Part shown: positions 54,481-56,428 of the stretch, piece by piece
Position numbering within the stretch: position 1 is the first letter of the stretch
How the letters are laid out: every line of letters starts with the position of its first letter
Assembly (NCBI GenBank): GCA_017415325.1
Contig: JAFQGY010000246.1
Coordinates: 1 to 56,428 of the forward strand
Direction of reading: 5' to 3'
Source: Clostridia bacterium
GTDB lineage: Bacteria > Bacillota > Clostridia > Oscillospirales > CAG-272
Length of the DNA: 56,428 bases
The notes under the pieces: generated by a model
Database searches by the model: none
Told to the model about the DNA's origin: nothing
What the model saw: the letters and a program-made list of their open reading frames with translations, nothing else
Made by a program: the position numbers and the translations under genes

Positions 54481-55494
54481 ATGCAGATACTGGTAAACTG
54501 TATGGCAAATGCCGACAATCAGAATACCTTTTTTACAGACCGGGTGAAGGCGGAACTGGCTGCCTGCGGCGATGTGCGGTACGGCGTATTTACGGGAGAC
54601 GAACTGCGGGATGCTCTGGCAGGGGTGGATGTGCTGTTCGGCGGATGGGGACTGCCCCGGCTGGATCAGAACATGCTCTCCCGGGCGGACAAGCTGAAAA
54701 TGGTCTGTTATACCGGCGGCAGCGTGGCGGATCAGATGACGGAAACGGTGGCAGAGCGCGGCATCCATATGCTCAGCGGCAACCGGCTGTATGCCAATTC
54801 CGTAGCGGAAGGCACCATCGGGTATATCCTTCTGGCCCAGAGACGGCTGGTGAAGCTCATCAATGAAACAGCGGAACAGGGCTGGGCACCGTTCTATCAC
54901 AGCGACGGGATCCGGTTCAAAACCGTGGGCATCATCGGCTTCGGGATGATCGCAAAATATCTGGCCAAAATGCTGCAGGCCTTTGAATGCCGGGTGCTGA
55001 TCTGCTCAGACTGGTTCCACCCGGAAGATGAAGCAGAATACCGGGCAAAAAAGTGCGATATGGAAACCCTGTTCCGCCAAAGCGATATTGTGACCCTGCA
55101 TGAATCCCTCCGGGACGACACCTACCACATGATCGACAGGCGGTACTTCTCCCTGATGAAGCAGGATGCCCTGTTTGTGAACACCGCCAGAGGGCCCATC
55201 ATCGTGGAAGAAGATCTGGCGGATGCGGCAAAGGCGGGAAAGATCCGGGCCGTTCTGGACGTTTACGAAAAGGAACCGCTGCCCATGGATTCCTGTCTCA
55301 GAGGGTGCGAAAACATCATTCTGATCCCCCACAGAGGCGGCCCCACCATCGACATCCGGGAACACGTGACCCTGGCGCTGATCCGGGATCTGAAAAACTA
55401 TATGGAAAAAGGGGAGGATGCGGTGCTGGAGCATGAAATCCTCTGGGAATACGCCCGGCACATGACCCATTCAGCAGCCAATATCAAGAAATAA
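54481..55494 (+). CDS. D-isomer-specific 2-hydroxyacid dehydrogenase family protein
   Basis: GIIGFGMIAKYLA NAD-binding motif, and NTARG, D..E and PHRGG catalytic Arg/Glu/His pattern. GGAGG RBS. Confidence 0.85.
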   Translation: MQILVNCMANADNQNTFFTDRVKAELAACGDVRYGVFTGDELRDALAGVDVLFGGWGLPRLDQNMLSRADKLKMVCYTGGSVADQMTETVAERGIHMLSGNRLYANSVAEGTIGYILLAQRRLVKLINETAEQGWAPFYHSDGIRFKTVGIIGFGMIAKYLAKMLQAFECRVLICSDWFHPEDEAEYRAKKCDMETLFRQSDIVTLHESLRDDTYHMIDRRYFSLMKQDALFVNTARGPIIVEEDLADAAKAGKIRAVLDVYEKEPLPMDSCLRGCENIILIPHRGGPTIDIREHVTLALIRDLKNYMEKGEDAVLEHEILWEYARHMTHSAANIKK

Positions 55495-55510
55495 ATAAGG
55501 AAGAAACATC

Positions 55511-55994
55511 ATGTACAAAGCAATTTTGTTCGATATGGACGGGGTGCTCATCGACTCCGAGGGCGTCATGGCCCAGTCCACCATACAGGCGCTGGCAACC
55601 TTCGGGATCCGCACCACCGAAGAAGATTATTATCCCTTCATCGGCAAGGGGGAAAATCTGTATGTGGGCGGCGTGGCCAGAAACCACGGATTTGTGTATG
55701 TGCCGGAAATGAAGGCCTGCACCTATGAAAAGTACGGTGAAAACATCGGGCCACAGCACTGCATTCCCGGTGCGGCGGACATGATCCGTGCTGTGGTAAA
55801 GGCAGGGATCCCCCATGCGCTGTGTTCCGGCGGGGAACTGCCCAAGGTACTGCACAATCTCCGGGCACTGGGTCTGACCACGGATGATTTCAATGTAATT
55901 CTGTCCGCTCTGGACGTAACCCGCAACAAGCCCTTCCCGGATATCTATCTGAAAGGTGCGGCAGGTCTGGGCATGGATCCGGCGGACTGCGTGG
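55511..55994 (+). pseudogene. HAD-superfamily phosphatase (beta-phosphoglucomutase-like), 3'-truncated at the composition break
   Basis: FDMDGVLIDSE motif I, S/T motif II and K..PDIYL motif III are present. The expected ..EDS..G motif IV after GMDPADCV is replaced by unrelated AT-rich sequence. Confidence 0.7.
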
Positions 55995-56405
55995 ATAGAA
56001 AAGAATTTCTATACAAACAGTACACAGCTTCCAGTTGAATACACGGACGATATTTTTAAAACCGTTGAACTTCAAAGTGAACTTCAAAGTTTATATACGG
56101 GTGGAACAGTTCTTCACTTCTATTTAGGCGAAAAAATTGAAGATAAAGAGATCGCTAAAAAACTAATAAAAAAGATTTTCACAAACTCAAAAATGCCATA
56201 TATTTCACTTACTCCAACATTCAGTATTTGTCAAAAACATGGATATATAGCAGGCGAACATTTCTCTTGTCCAGAATGTGGAGGTAAAACAGAAGTATGG
56301 AGCAGAGTTGTTGGCTATTTAAGACAAGTTCAGGACTTCAATGAATCTAAACGTGAAGAATATAACATTAGAAAAAAATACACCATTAACGAGGATTTAA
56401 TTTAG
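55995..56405 (+). pseudogene. nrdD: 3' fragment of the anaerobic ribonucleoside-triphosphate reductase gene, AT-rich and of foreign composition
   Basis: (I)EKNFYTNSTQLPVEYTDD..YTGGTVLHFYLGE..CPECGG..SRVVGYL (glycyl-radical RVxGY motif). TAG stop at 56403-56405. It is in a different frame from the HAD gene. Confidence 0.8.
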
Positions 56406-56428
56406 TGAACATAGGAGGCTTTTTAAAA

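Noticed and set aside
11578-56405. The orphan GRE activase (11578..12480) might pair with the nrdD fragment at the window end.
   Set aside because: NrdD uses the small NrdG-type activase, not the ferredoxin-insert type. The nrdD fragment has foreign AT-rich composition, is truncated, and is followed by its own Shine-Dalgarno for a downstream gene.
56405-56428. A GTG overlaps the nrdD TAG, and the reading VNIGGFLK resembles an NrdG N-terminus.
   Set aside because: The same nucleotides contain a perfect AGGAGG (56412-56417). That is more simply read as the RBS of a gene starting just beyond the window end. 24 nt is too short to decide.
1-56428. I scanned for tRNA or rRNA genes, CRISPR arrays, transposases, integrases, phage genes, toxin-antitoxin pairs and known defence systems.
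   Set aside because: There are no regularly spaced direct repeats. No ORF has DDE, tyrosine-recombinase or serine-recombinase motifs. No cloverleaf-like GC-rich 75-nt islands were noticed in intergenic regions. The only repeat family is the non-coding AT-rich element reported above.

Overview
GC-rich chromosomal segment that looks like a spore-forming Clostridia-type Firmicute (dipicolinate synthase dpaA/dpaB, CapA and DUF1540 genes, T-box and PyrR-type RNA regulation). All family names come from reading motifs in the supplied translations; no homology search was run. Genes are densely packed and mix housekeeping functions (pdxK, ybaK, pyrR-uraA, glyA, ribF, ireB, ymdB, feoAB) with many glycan-utilisation genes (GH4, GH78-like, GH35, GH127, two lipoprotein solute-binding paralogs, and a MurNAc/peptidoglycan recycling operon). 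I found no rRNA, tRNA, CRISPR array, transposase, integrase or recognisable defence system. The points most worth a second look are: (1) a clear T-box leader whose only downstream gene is an 844-aa fusion of a xylose-isomerase-like TIM barrel to an AMP-forming acyl-CoA synthetase; (2) single in-frame stop codons in two otherwise intact genes, ribF (TAA) and feoB (TAG); (3) a ~135-bp AT-rich palindromic intergenic repeat family with stop codons in all three frames, sitting at gene ends; (4) a murQ operon that has no nagZ or murP but is translationally coupled to a GH35 enzyme; (5) an AraC-linked operon of poorly assignable enzymes next to a surface-anchored CBM-like protein; (6) an abrupt switch to AT-rich sequence at about 55995 that cuts a HAD gene and an nrdD gene mid-ORF, most likely a chimeric join. 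The many long ORFs antisense to real genes are treated as shadow ORFs.
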